A DNA stretch of 64,000 bases from Vermamoeba vermiformis (GCA_045837725.1 JBEWZL010000191.1:62001-126000), one strand, 5' to 3'; positions 1 to 12,867 are shown, counted from the stretch's first letter. Translations and numbers: made by a program. Notes: a model not told the origin generated them from the sequence alone.

Positions 1-1796
1 CACGAGCGACTTCCATAGCGACCATGAGGTCATTGAGCACTTGCATAGGCTCTTGATGTACAGGCGCAGGGCCGTTGAGAATCTTCGCAGCCCAGCTCAT
101 GTCCAAGCACAAGAAGCACATGAAGATGCCTCCCGCGAGCAACAAGCCGAGGACGCCAATGCCCCACCAGAACTGCACCTCGATGAGATAATACTCGCCA
201 GCAGCGGCGCCGATAATTCCTATAGCTGCTTGCTGCGGTAGAGCAAAGCCTAAGAGGGCTTTAGTGATGTGAATTGACTGTTGCGTGAATTTGCTCGATC
301 CAAAGGTGATACATTTGTGATTGGTTCCAACCCAAGCAAGGATCCATATGCCACAGAAAGCTGATAGTATTGTCATGCCCGTGAATGGGAATAATAAGCC
401 AATCGCATGAGGGTTCAAGCAAAAGATGATCCAGCACCAGATCGCTCTGATCGGAGCAGATTCGAGATTTCTGTGACGAGCCGCAGGTGTGTATGCGTTT
501 GCAGAAAAACAACAACAGCAACCCGTATTAGCGTTACAACATCCTTCATAGGCCGAAAACTCCATTGTTTCAGCTGCGCGCTTCATTGCTTTTCGGCGCC
601 AAAAATAGGCTCCAATATAAACTCCAACCATGACTGCCGTCGGTCCTAATGTCAAGACAATAGGCAAACCAGTCTTCTGAACTGTAAGTAAATTAAACAC
701 GATTAGATCCGCAACGAAAATGAAAAGACAGTCTGAAAACTCGAAAATTGAATCAAACTTGATATTTACTGAATGGTACTTACATTCTACTTCGCCAAGG
801 CTCGATGAATTGGATAGACTCTTTAAATAGGTATCAATTGTGACGGCATCCGAGATCAAAGCAGTGGGTTGATCTGTGAGTGAGTCGTACGAGCACGCTG
901 AGAACCAAATTAATTAGCTTACTATTAAATAATATATCTCCTAATTAGAGTATCAATTTACCTCTCTGGAATTCGGTTGGGTAAGATGCACAAGACGGGA
1001 TCGAAGCGAATACAGAGCTATCTAACGTGCAATAATTGCTCATGCAAACCCCACCAAGTGAGATGGTATTAGTACTATATCGAACACCAGTAGTAATGCT
1101 AACTGCCAATAAATTTGAACCAGATGGCGCTGATATAATAATCTCCGTATTTAACGCTGGCAATTCTATTAATACTTGTGTAGTATTTTGAGTAATATGA
1201 ATGGTATGTGGGAACCATCCTTGCGTTGCAACTCTTTCTGCTCTCCATCCATCTGCTCTTCGCCACGTTCTTGAAAATATTGCGCAATAATGATATTCAA
1301 ATTTAATTCCAGTAATTCCAGGAGTAGCTGCATATATTGTGGAATTGGATTCGGCCGTAAGCGTGAAGTGAAGGTTGGAAAAAATAACAAATGAGGAGTT
1401 TGTTGCAATGCCACAGGTCTCTGGTTGTCTAGTAAATGGTACTACGTGGCCTGTTCCCCATACGGTGCATGTTTGTTTCAAATCTGTCACGACTTTGGGC
1501 TCATCGTAACAATCTGGACAGATGTTCGGTCTATTCAATGCAGGAACGACTAACTGAGCCGCTGATACTACTGTCTGCGACATACATGATGCGTCTATAC
1601 ATTGCGTGAACGCTAAACCATAGGCGCAAAAGCCAAAGTTGGTAATATCATCCGGCGACGCGTAACTAAATCCAGTAGCGCTCAAACAATAGTCGTTAAT
1701 GCTTTGCACGAGTGGATCGCATTGACCAGTTATAGCATCTTGCTGAAGTGAATAGCCGACTAAAATAAATAAAAGTACGGCTGTCGTTGTGCTCAT
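1..1796 (-). CDS. RGM/hemojuvelin-like ectodomain protein with ~5 C-terminal TM segments (3' end runs off the window)
   Basis: Exons 1796-962, 897-784 and 681-1 join in frame through GT-AG introns. Signal peptide MSTTTAVLLFILVGYSLQQ; Cys-rich N-region; vWD/RGM-like TCTVWGTGHVVPFTRQPETC; RGM-like FQR|ACSYDSLT; then hydrophobic helices. Confidence 0.7.
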
Positions 1797-2259
1797 CTTG
1801 AAAAACAAGACAAAAAAATGAAGGAAAATCTCTAACCGAAAGCTGTCAAATTCGTAAGCGCTGACAAAACCCCCAACATTCCGTAGCTGGTACAACTAGT
1901 ACTAACCTAACTCAGAATGGTCTGCTTCTTCAGATTCAGCTAGATCTGACACAACAAATAATTCAATTGAGATAGTGGCCTATCTTTGCATTTCTATGAG
2001 CATATAATTAATTGAATTGAACAAAGCCTCAGAGCAGCTTAGTTGGTGTCACGAAAAAGGTGTGATTCGCCCGAAATTTACCAGGATCTCTGGTTGGAGC
2101 GAAAACTCGGTCAATTGCTAAAAAGTATAAAAGAACAACTTGATGGCATTATTCTTCATCAACCAAACCAACAAACAACAAGCAAAGTAAGTACTAGAAT
2201 CATCATACAAGAATCAAAATCTAATCGTATCTTAACAGATCTCATCTTTACGCAACACA

Positions 2260-2751
2260 ATGTCCGACATGTCCGTTCCATCGCTTAAGAATACTTACTA
2301 TGCCAAGTCTGGCGAATCATTGGCCTTTTGGGGCAAAGTTCTAAAAATCGCTTCGGTCACCGTCAGTCTCTTCGGCCTTGACATGATCTTGTTCCAAGAC
2401 GTGCTCAACAAGTTCGTATGGAACAAACTCTTCTTTTTCAACTCCAACTTGCATTTGACGTTCTCATCTGAAACTCAACACTTTATCAACCTGAACTACG
2501 GAGTTATGGGTGCTTTTATGATCGGATGGGGCATCTCGCTTTACCATAACACCAAGACTGCCTTCAGAACATGCGACAAACGCGATTGGAAGGCTTTGGC
2601 AATGTCCGTTGGTGCTTGGTTCATCTCAGACTGCCTTTTCTCAATCAAAATGGGCTACTGGCAAAACGCCGTTTTTAACTTGCCTTTTGGCTTGCTTTTT
2701 GCCGTGCCTTTATTCATGACCAAGAAATACTTTAAGAATGTAGATAAATAG
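2260..2751 (+). CDS. Small ~4-TM membrane protein resembling an uncharacterised bacterial family
   Basis: Intronless 163-aa ORF with hydrophobic helices and motifs YGVMGAFMIGWG, WFISD, NAVFN. Probable 5'-UTR intron near 2187-2239. Confidence 0.7.
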   Translation: MSDMSVPSLKNTYYAKSGESLAFWGKVLKIASVTVSLFGLDMILFQDVLNKFVWNKLFFFNSNLHLTFSSETQHFINLNYGVMGAFMIGWGISLYHNTKTAFRTCDKRDWKALAMSVGAWFISDCLFSIKMGYWQNAVFNLPFGLLFAVPLFMTKKYFKNVDK

Positions 2752-2788
2752 ATCGTAGTGTATATAAATAAATAACTTACTTTTATTA

Positions 2789-5700
2789 TTAAACATTAGT
2801 ACTATTTGGAATAGCACTAGGCTTCAAGTAACTGTTCGGCAAAAACCTCTTTTCGGCGCGATCTTCAATAATTTTTTCGATCTGTTGCAACGAGCTTTGG
2901 AACTCTCGTACAAATGGTCTGACTTGATCCACTTTATCCAAATTGAAGCTCTTGTAGTCACCGAGATGATCGTAGTGAATGTTGCCGTACTCGAATGTCA
3001 TCGCTTGTTTCATTGCCAAATAAGGTGATGGCAAGGCTTGTTTCAACAGCGTTGTTGAGGAGCCACTTTTAGCCGTTGTATCTTTCGTTAATGAATCCAT
3101 AATAGACTCGGAACAGATCATACTGCAGCCAGACATCAAGTTAACTGCGTCAGAGAAGAAATCGAGTTGACTGAAGTGAATGACTGCGTGGTGCGGACCT
3201 GTAAAATGCGGCATTAGAAATTATGACGAAATTTGAATAAGTTTAGATCCGGCACTTACCAGCCAAGAAAATGATTCGAGTGAGCAATCTAATCAAATCT
3301 TTTCTATTATCCAAGATCTTCTTATCGTTCCAAATAAGACCCTTGATATTACCGCCATTTCGGGATTGCAATTCCGAGATCCAGTTCTGAAGTTCCCAAT
3401 CTTTCTTGACGTCCTTATTGTTCTTATAGAACGTGCAGACATAGTCCGTCACGAACTTTGCGAGAGCATTCCAAATAAGCTTGCCGTCGTCTCTGTAAGG
3501 ATAAACTTTGGGGTACTCTGCAACGCCACGCTCGGTCAACGAATAGTCAAAGTCCAAATCAGTCAAGGTCCACTTCTCGTACGCAACTTCAACGAGCTTC
3601 TTCATTTGGTCCTTTGTGGGCGTCATGAACGGAATTTGCGTATTAAACCTCATTTCTGCGCTACTGAAGGCCGTGTGAGCGACAGAAAAGTTCAAATGCG
3701 GCTCTAAAAGCACGTAGACAGGGTGCCTATTAACTCATTAGTATAAGCCCTACTAAACTATTATCAAAAAATTGAGGTACTTACTCTTTGTGCAAATGAC
3801 GCGGAGTAGCTACAGAGAATGCACCAATCATGGCATGTTGTCCGTACTCGTGTGCGCATAAGCCGTGGTGATTGACAGCAGCGACTTGCACGAAGAACTT
3901 TGCCAGTTCCCAACGCTCGCCTTGTCCGGGAGTAAACACGTGATTATTGATCTCGATGGCTACGGGCACTAATGTCTCGCCATCAAAGACCATGAGGCAG
4001 TAAGGAGCTGCAATGAACTGTTTCTCGTCTTTCTTGGTTTCACCGCGTTGAATGGCGTGGCCAATTTGAGTAAAGATCGAGTAATCGACAAAGAAGACGT
4101 TGCCGCTATTAACTTCCGCTTCGAGGTCTGTTCTCTTATTGACTTGTTGCATCAATACGTTGCTAGTAATAGCTTGATTGATGCTTTGTGGCACTTGATC
4201 CAGCTTCGTGATTCTTCTCAACGACATCGGATCCAATCCAGACAATCGCTGCCAGCCAAACACTTTGTCGTTACAATATGATGTAGGTCCAGGAAGCGGT
4301 GCCGTCTTACCAAAGTCGTTCAAAGGCGCTTTGAGCAAAAGCATTAGACTATGAAAAATGGACCTAAAGTGACACAACTTACCATAGCCGCTGCCAGTGT
4401 TGGCTTTTTTCCAAGTCAAATACTTCCAGTAGTACTTGGCGGTACCAGAAGCCAATGAGCGAAGAGCTTTGCTGACGTATTTAATTGACACTGCAAAGTG
4501 CTTGGTCAACGGGAACTTCTTCGGGATACCAACGCACTTGTTGTGGTAGTAGTGATGTTCGTATTGATAGTTATCACGTGTCTTGGCTAATGCTGTCTTG
4601 CGGGTCTGTTTATGCATAGAATATTGGGGCAGTGAAGGTTCAATGCCAGATCCGTCGCTCAAAAGTTCGATGTACTTTGACTTGTTCAGATCCAATGTCG
4701 ACTTTACTGAGGCCTCGGCGATGACTGGAATTTCGTCAATCTCATCGGCAGTTTTGTCTTGCAATGGCGGCAAGCGGAAGAAATCTTCTAAGAACTCGTT
4801 CAAGAAAGTTCTATTGGGGTCATATCGCTCTCGAACAGCCAAAAATTTGCGAATATTTTCGGGATCGTACTTCTCGTACATCTTCTTCGAGTCAATAAAG
4901 ATCTTGCCCCAATGAGGACGCGCGTCGAATTTGTCCATCATCTCTTGTTCAATCTCCACGAAGAATTCTCGGAACTCAGGATTGTATTTTGACGCCACAA
5001 TGTCAATGCAACAGCTTTGTCGGCCTGAAGAGTGGCCCAAGAAGGTCTTAGAGGCATCAATGAATCTATTACTTGTAAGTAAGTAACAACTAAGGTCTGA
5101 TAGATAGCACTTACCGAGCGTGAAGTGCTTGATCCGCAGGGAAGCTATCTTGGTCCTTCAGTTTGCGGATGCGTTCCATCAAATAACATATAGCCTCGCC
5201 TGACCGCTCAAGGTCAACGGAGAGCTCCATATTCCATACATCAGCACCCCATGGATGATAATGGAAGAGACATCTGTTAGCGGTAAGTAACAGGATCTCG
5301 GTTGGTCACGAGGCCTCTACGTACCTTGAGTTTTCAACTCGTTCAGTGACTGGGAATATAAATTCAGCAGGCTTCCATAAGAATTTCAACATTCTTTTGT
5401 TGAAAGTACGGCAAGCAAATGCCCAGATGTAATTGTACATCGCATTCAGTACGCGTCTTAGAAGGTCTCGTAGTTTGTAGTTAATATGAGTATTCTCGGG
5501 CTCATCTGTTCTGGAGCCAGCGAGCGCCATTGCGTACTCGGCCAAAGGGTACCAAAAGATTTCAGTGAACTGCAATGACAAAATATGTTAGCGGATGTGG
5601 TTAGCGAAGAAACTCCGGTTTACCTCTTGTTCTTTCAAAATAGCAGGAATGTTCTTGCAAAATGTTTGAGCGTCGAGTTTTTTATCCACTCTTTTTACTC

Positions 5701-6804
5701 GCGAGAATTCTACGCACTGAAGGGTAATGTCGACAATTGCGCCTAAAACCGAAAGGTTCAGATAAGGCCACATATCTATATGTTATTCAATTTCATATTT
5801 ATCTTACCTAAGCATCCAAGATTGCAACCAGCTGCTCTAATGTCGTCTTCAGTGGTTACATTCTCCCACAAGTTACCGAATCCGTCCACGATCGAAAACG
5901 AAAGGACGTAATCGCTGAATGTTTTAGTAGTATTACCGGTACCGTGAGCAGCAGTAGCCATAATACCACCAACAGTAGGAAAATTGAATACGGTCGGGCT
6001 CTGGATCTCGAGTCCGTGATCTTGAGCTATTTTGGTCAACGCGGCTACTGATATGCCAGGCTGGGTCTTAATAGTCTTCGAAACCTTATCGACCTCAAGG
6101 ACATTATTCAGTCTTTTAAGGCACATCATCCAGCCTCCTTTACTCGGCTCGACAACTGGAGACCACGAGTAACCTAAAAAGCCACATCCGCATCAGTATT
6201 GAGCTAGCTTTACGTAATTTCGAAGAAGCAATGATACGGGAGATTCGATTTGATAGATTCGATCCATAAAATACTTTTAAATTGGCATTCGAAGCCGAGT
6301 TTTCCAATGGATCTCGACGAAACGGTCTGGACAACATTGACAGCAGGGAGAAAGGCCCCGTAATAAAATTAATCTACTTACCGCCTCCAATTACTCTAAT
6401 CTTCTGACCGAGCTCATTGGCCTTCTTAACGATTAATATGACTTCCTCAACGCACTCAGGCTCGAAATAGCTGGATGGTAAATTCAACTCGGTTAGTAGC
6501 CGCACTACGTCGTAGATGATTATATTGGCTGGAAATGATGTCATATTAAGTAGCACTGATAGTACTGAGTACTGACTTACCCCTCGATGAACGTTTTTTT
6601 GTTACCGAACCAGTTTTGCCAAGCACGATCGACTTTCATTTCTTCAAAGGTTCGCGGGCCTTTAGCCTTGCGCTTCAAGTGCAGTATGTCGGTGTATATT
6701 CTCGTCCATACTCGGTAAAGTAGATTGACGAAGGAAACGAAGATCGCGAGTGATAGGTGTTGTCGGCTGAAAGTCCAGCAGCGCTTAATGGGCTTGTCTG
6801 TCAT
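2789..6804 (-). CDS. Fusion protein: FAD-linked sugar-1,4-lactone oxidase (GULO/ALO family) + lipoxygenase
   Basis: Exons splice in frame at every junction checked. Oxidase motifs WQNWFGN, IRVIGGGYSWSP, TVGGIMATAAHGTG, NLGCLGAIV, RPHWGK. ORF 3781-5040 runs without a stop into LOX motifs PSLPQ, DKVFGWQRLSGLDP, HEYGQH, HPVYVLLEPH, YPYRDDG, HHAVIHFSQ and the C-terminal IPNSTNV. Confidence 0.9.
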
Positions 6805-7600
6805 TGTAATACTTGTTGTGTTGTTTTACTTTGTTAGTTAGAGGATTTAAAAATGATGTCCAACAGCTGTCGCTGTTTTATCGACAAAGGGTTCAGATTG
6901 GCTGAAAACAATTTGAGATTTGCTAGCAATTCGAATGAAAATTGAGCTGAGCGTAATTTATTGCCGAAATAAAACACAAACCAATATATTTATATTATTC
7001 TTTGAACGGGCGCCTTAGAGTATTGAAAATAATAAATAATAACAAAAGTCGATCGAGCGAAAAACCACAAAATTCTGGACCGCTCATTGTCCGCTCCGAT
7101 CTAGAATAATTTTGCGAGTAATAATAGAACTAATGGAAGGGTCAAACGACCGTTCCACGCAACGAGTAGTTCAATCCAAAACGTAACGGCTACTTATCTG
7201 GTAACAAGGTCGCTCGCGGGAAGGTATGCAGAACGGCTAAAAAATCGTGCTAGTACTGCTCATACTTCTTGTTGTTACTTTGACAAATGATCGAGAAACC
7301 CTAAACCAAACAAGCCGTTGTGTGAACCACAATAAATTTAAAGGTGATTTGAAAGCGTGGTTGAATGGGCTGGTTGAGCCGATTTGTGAATTGTAGGCTT
7401 GCGTTGGGCAATAATAGCCCCCTCGTCTGCCACTTCGGTGATTCCAAACAACTTACTGTTAAACGATTCACAATTCGAGTGGATGTGCGTGTAACTCGCA
7501 CCCGAGCCTACTACTCCTTTTTTTTGCTTCAGAGACCTTTACAACACGAATCCGTTTTTGATTAAATTACTTTTATCTATCTAACATGAGTCTAGCACGG

Positions 7601-10600
7601 TTAGATGCTTAGCAACGAGGTCGGTTTAGGATCTCGCAGATCGTTGCAAATTGTTCGCACTAGTTGCGTAAAAAACGGATCCTCTTGTGGATGTTCTGAG
7701 TACGGTTCGTACTTGTCCAAATTATCCTCCAATCGTAACTTCAAATTTTCGTAGTTTGACTTGATCAACTGCATAACCTGTTCATCCAGCAACCATTAGC
7801 ATGCGCACTCAATTATAAGGAATAGGTCATATATGGGCACGTACTTGTTGTGGCGACATGATCTTATCGGGATTGTTGACGGTCCAATGCTCAATCTTAT
7901 TCGAGAAGTGGTCCACGATAGTCTTTATGTTGGCCATAGTTGATAGTACCACCTTATTGGGGTCGTGTTGTTCGACTAAATATATGTATTAATACTAACA
8001 TTAGTATTATAGTAATAACGTACCAGCTTCGTAGAACTTGAGCAGATCGCTGCGGCAGCGAATCATTTCGTAGTACAGGTCATCGTAGTCGACGGAGTTT
8101 GGTAGTAGGATATCTCCGAATGTAATAAACATGTTCAATATAATCACCATCTATAGTTTAAATGCCTTAGTGTTCTGTTCCGCCCGAGATCAGAATCCAG
8201 ATTTGTCTTACCTTGGCGCACAAGACTAGAGTCTCTGTGTGACCATTTGCAAGCTCTTTAGGCACAATACTCTTCATAAATATCAACAACAAGTTCCAGA
8301 GTGACTTCCACTTGACGTTCATTCGCACACGGAACTTCTTCTCGTAACACAACATGCGATGAATAATGTCGAGACCTCGGCCCAGCAGATCACTATTGAA
8401 CGTGCGACCACCGTTTAGTCGCACAAATTGGATCACTAAGTCAACTATAGCATTAGCTAGTGTTCGTTTTTCCATATTGATCGTCTTTTTCTTTGACTGT
8501 GCAAATGCGGATCAGTAACGAACATAAGTGACTAGTGTTATACGTACCTGAGTATTGATTTTGATAAAGGCGACAACGGCTACCAATTTTTCATCGTGGA
8601 TCAATCGGCAAACTTCATTATCTTCCACGAGCACGAGCAGAGTCAACAGCACGGCCTTCGTGTGTTGCAAGTTTCTAAGAATAAATTTAGCATCATATGC
8701 CATATTTGTAGAGACAAACGTACCTCGTATCTTTAGCCGATGAAAAGATGATAGCAGCGAGCTTGAGGTAAGACACGAGTAAATTAGGGACGATGGGGAG
8801 TCGTCGCGGTGTTGGAGGTTGCATAGGTCCCGAGCCCATGGATTGAGAGCCTAGCGATTTGGGTTCTAAACAAATAATGAATACTTCCGCACAACAGCAT
8901 ATACTCGACTTACCAGCACTATTTTGCTCGTTGTTCTGAGCATTGTTATTATCCGAAATTGTCACGTTGCCCATCGATTCCACTGTCGAGCTAACAATCA
9001 AATCGGTATCGTTAGCACTGTTAGGGTTATTGTTATTGTTTGCAGGCGGTGGTATCGTTGGTTGCGATGAAGCCTTTGGTGGCATGTGAAAAGGTGCCTC
9101 GGTCTCGTGGAATATTGACTGCATGAAGTTGTTGTTTAAATACAACAGCTCATACACGGTCAACAAGAATGCACCGATCTTATGCTTCTCGTCTACAGCA
9201 CTATATTACGAAATTCGTTAATACGAGGAACCTTCATTACTAGAAAACAACGCGTACTTTTCACTCTTCCGCGGTGACACGAAACTAGTCAAATATCCGG
9301 TGAATCGAGAGAACATGCCCGGCGTTTGTTTAGACACTTGCACTTGCTCCAAGTCCCTAGTAAGATGTTCAAATTAGTCTCATAATCATAAAGGTCCTAT
9401 TCTAAGTTTTATATGACATACTTGATCAATTCGTTGCTTTGCACGGTCAACACTTGGGCGAATGTTTTAAACAGCTCTTCGTTATGAAGCTCTTTAAGGC
9501 CTCTATAATACGCATTATTTACATCGTGTTTCTTGTAATTGGCCAATAACGTCATTGTCATAATTGCATCGAAGGCTAGTGATTGCGTGTACGATAGTTT
9601 GAATACCTAAAAATAGAAATATTGGTAATTGAGCGTAGATGTGATGAATTACTCGAGAGTAGAGATTTTTCCATATTTGGAAACTTACTTGCAAAAAGGC
9701 AGAGAAAATTTCGTATTGAACAAGATATTCGATGAGATTGTTTTCATGAAATTGATCTTGGCCAGTCAATATAGTAATGTACAGCTTCAATGCTCGTTCT
9801 TTTTGCGCGCCTGCATGTTCGCTGCTAGCTGAAAAAATTTGTGCAATGTTTGTCGTCAATGATTTGAAAATTGTCTCGACGTTGTTTGGCTCCGCAATTA
9901 AATTTAAAATTTCTTTTGAGTTGAGCTTCTTCTTGTATAAGAGTTCCAATAATATAGTCATTGTCTGTAACATTTCAAAATTAGCAATTTGTGCGCGCAA
10001 ATTGAGATTTCTCTCGGTTTCAGATCCGGCGACGAGCCAGGTATAAGGTTATATCTATGGACTATATGATAATATTATAGGAGCCACATACCTCTAAAGC
10101 ATGGCTAATACGTAGCTGATTTCCGTCATTAATTGTTTCTATGCATTTTTGAAAAATGATCTGTACATTTGCCTGTCGACAAAAAAAATAATAAGCATTA
10201 AATATCGATAGAATGAGCATTAATGTATTATTAAACCGTAATTCCAATTCATAAAAATATTATTTCCGATTTTTGAGGTCGGATCTTGTTTTTATATGAA
10301 AATTTTCTGTGCATGTATGATATTGTATTTTATGAATAGGAACTTACTTTCACTTTTAATAAATCGGCTTCAGGAATGTTTAAGCAGTTTTCTAAGCAGC
10401 TGTGATTGATTTTCAGCAAAAAGAGTTCGTCCCAAAACTCTGGTCTGCTAATGCCAGGATCTTCACCCTAAATATTCATATAAATACACATAATTCATGT
10501 AATGCTTATTTATAAGCTTAAATATTATTTTCTGCATTATTAATTGAATTATTTTGATGACGTCGATTTTGCTGAGCCAGTTGAAGTTAGCTCAATTACT

Positions 10601-10733
10601 ATTATTACGCATGTAATTCAAATATCTATTATTGTACCTTAAATAAGCTCTCGTAAATAGCCACGAATTTTGGTTTTAAATCTGCTTTCGATCCAGCACC
10701 TCGGGAAAGCGCCAAACGATTAGGTTCAGCCAT
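7601..10733 (-). CDS. ARMH3: Armadillo-like helical domain protein 3 (C10orf76/DUF1741)
   Basis: N-term LKPKFVAIYESLFK|GEDPGISRPEFWDELFLLKIN; C-term EQVMQLIKSNYENLKLRLEDNLDKYEPYSEHP; YDDLYYEMIR. Multi-exon, with one apparent +1 frameshift at 9518-9521. Confidence 0.85.
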
Positions 10734-10977
10734 TGTAATATACACTTAAAAAATACAAACGCGTAATTAATGTGACTTAATTCACGTCTTGTGGTGCTGA
10801 GGTTATTTTAAGATGGATGCTGGGATAAAAAATACTGGTGCAAATTATTCCGTGCTCGGGGATCCCACGTGATCAACGTGAAATTTTGAGGCTGCTATTA
10901 AATAGGTCATAATATGTTCAGATTAACAATTTACTACTATTCTACATCATTATAAAGCGGATCGAGCAAGAGAAATC

Positions 10978-12613
10978 TTATTTCTTTTTAGCAGGTTGAA
11001 GAGCCTTCTTTAGCTTAGTATATCGTTGCTCTTGACTCTCATCGACTATTTTACCGATAAAGAACTCCATATCTTTCAATATCTCGACGTCCACGAGATC
11101 TACAATCGTGCTCGCGGTCTGCGTGTTCTTGGCTTTTACATTCTCTTCGGCAGCGTTTAAACTGTTGGCAACGATATCTCTAATATACTAGACGGGGGTT
11201 AGTAAGAAAATAGAGGCATTATTGATATTAAAAGTACAAGGTAAGCGAGAAATGGTTGCCGGATCTCGATGGATCCGCTCGGTTCAAACTTACGTTTACA
11301 AGAATTTTGTTCTTTTCAGTAAGGGAGGCAATCGTCTCCTTATCTTTAGCACTGCTGCTCTTTGAACTTCTCGGTTTAGCCTCTTGCGGCGTTGGTTTAA
11401 CTTCGCTTGCATTTGTAATTCTCATTCCCTAATAGCGGATCCGTTAGTTTGCTACTAATACGACCTTCAACATTATTGACATTATATATTTACCTTCTGC
11501 AACCAACGCATGCCCATTAAGAACTCTTCAAAACCGATTTTACCGTCGTCATTAATATCCAAGTTCTTAAACAACGCATCGAACTGCTCCTTAGGCGTTT
11601 CAATGCTAAATAATAAAATTAATAAAATTATTTAGGCACTAATAGAACAATATGAGCTAAAGAAGAATAAGGCTCAGTGATATATACCCTAAATCGTTCA
11701 TAAGCTTCTTAAGCTCTTTCTTCGTTACAACACCATCGCCTATATATTATACGCCTATATTAATATAATCGTATCGTGGCTATTATAATCGATTGCCATT
11801 ACCATCAGTGTCGCATAATTTGAAAAGTTCTTTCATTTCTTGCACTTGCGAGTCATTGAGCGTCACCAAGAACTATACAATACTATTATATTAGTATAAA
11901 TCGTTAATGTAGTTTCTATAACATACGTTTGCAATTGAAGCGGTGCGTTTGTGAGCAGATCCAATGCTGTCAGATTGTTTTCTCTTTGCGGGAGGAGTAT
12001 TGCTGTTTGATGGTTGTGGCGATTGTGGTTTAGGGTCATTTGATAAGCTCATAAGCAATCGCGTGGACTAAACATTAATTAAGAATTAAAAACGGATCTC
12101 AAAAATAATAAATTGTATTTTTTGTGTCTTTTGCCATTTATACTTTACTTTAATATTATATAATCAATATATTGATATATTATCGATATTTACCTTTTGA
12201 ATCCATCTCATTCCGCCCAAAAATTCGTTAAAGTTGATTTTTTGATCTCCATCTGTTTACCGGCGGTTAATAAATCAAATAATATTCAAAAAAAATTACT
12301 ATTAAATATTGCGCAAATTGTAACTTACTTTGATCGAGTTCTTTGAATAACGTCTCGATCTCAGTTTTACTCGCTTTAGTTAACTCTGTCATGAGACTCG
12401 TAAGCTCTTCCAAATCAATATGACCATCCCCATCCTTATCACATTGATTAAAGAGCTCTTTCATCGCACTGATCTGCTCGTAAGTCAGATCTTGCGCGAA
12501 CTGTTCGAAATATCGGTTAGTCTTGGTTGCATATCATATAAAAGCCATCATACTTGAGCTACGGAGTCTTTTTTAACCAATTTACGTTGATCTCGTTTTG
12601 ATTGTTGTGCCAT
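10978..12613 (-). CDS. Calmodulin-like protein with two EF-hand pairs and a C-terminal helical tail
   Basis: EF loops DKDGDGHIDLEE, DTDGDGVVTKKE, DINDDGKIGFEE; duplicated MKELF..CD units; ends ...ALQPAKKK*. Confidence 0.8.
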
Positions 12614-12867
12614 GTTGAATTTTTGCGAGAGAATGCTTTATCTCGTAATTCACCACCTTGAAATACCGCAAGAGCTCATTTGGCATAATAAGCCTAATTT
12701 TTTGGCTATTATCGTAATATGAAAGAGATTTTAGGCAATTTATAGTTGTTACTAATGCGCGCTTTAGCAATGGCCAGACCAAACTAGATCGGGAGAATAG
12801 AAAAAACCGGTATTCAAAAGAATTACCATTCTTGTTAAAACTTCAAAGGTTTTAATTAGTCTGATCA

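Noticed and set aside
41-649. Short ORFs 41-241 (+), 261-521 (-), 407-649 (+)
   Set aside because: Shadow frames of the open minus-strand exon 681-1.
4329-4382. Peptide KLCHFRSIFHSLMLLLK inside the LOX ORF as a protein insertion
   Set aside because: It has GTAAGT, CTAAT and AAG signals: a 54-nt in-frame intron. It does not break the fusion.
7301-7565. Opposing 66-aa ORFs
   Set aside because: No recognisable motifs; likely UTR or intergenic.
8105-8118. Second ATATCCT U12 donor
   Set aside because: Lies within the open ARMH3 exon (FGDILLP).
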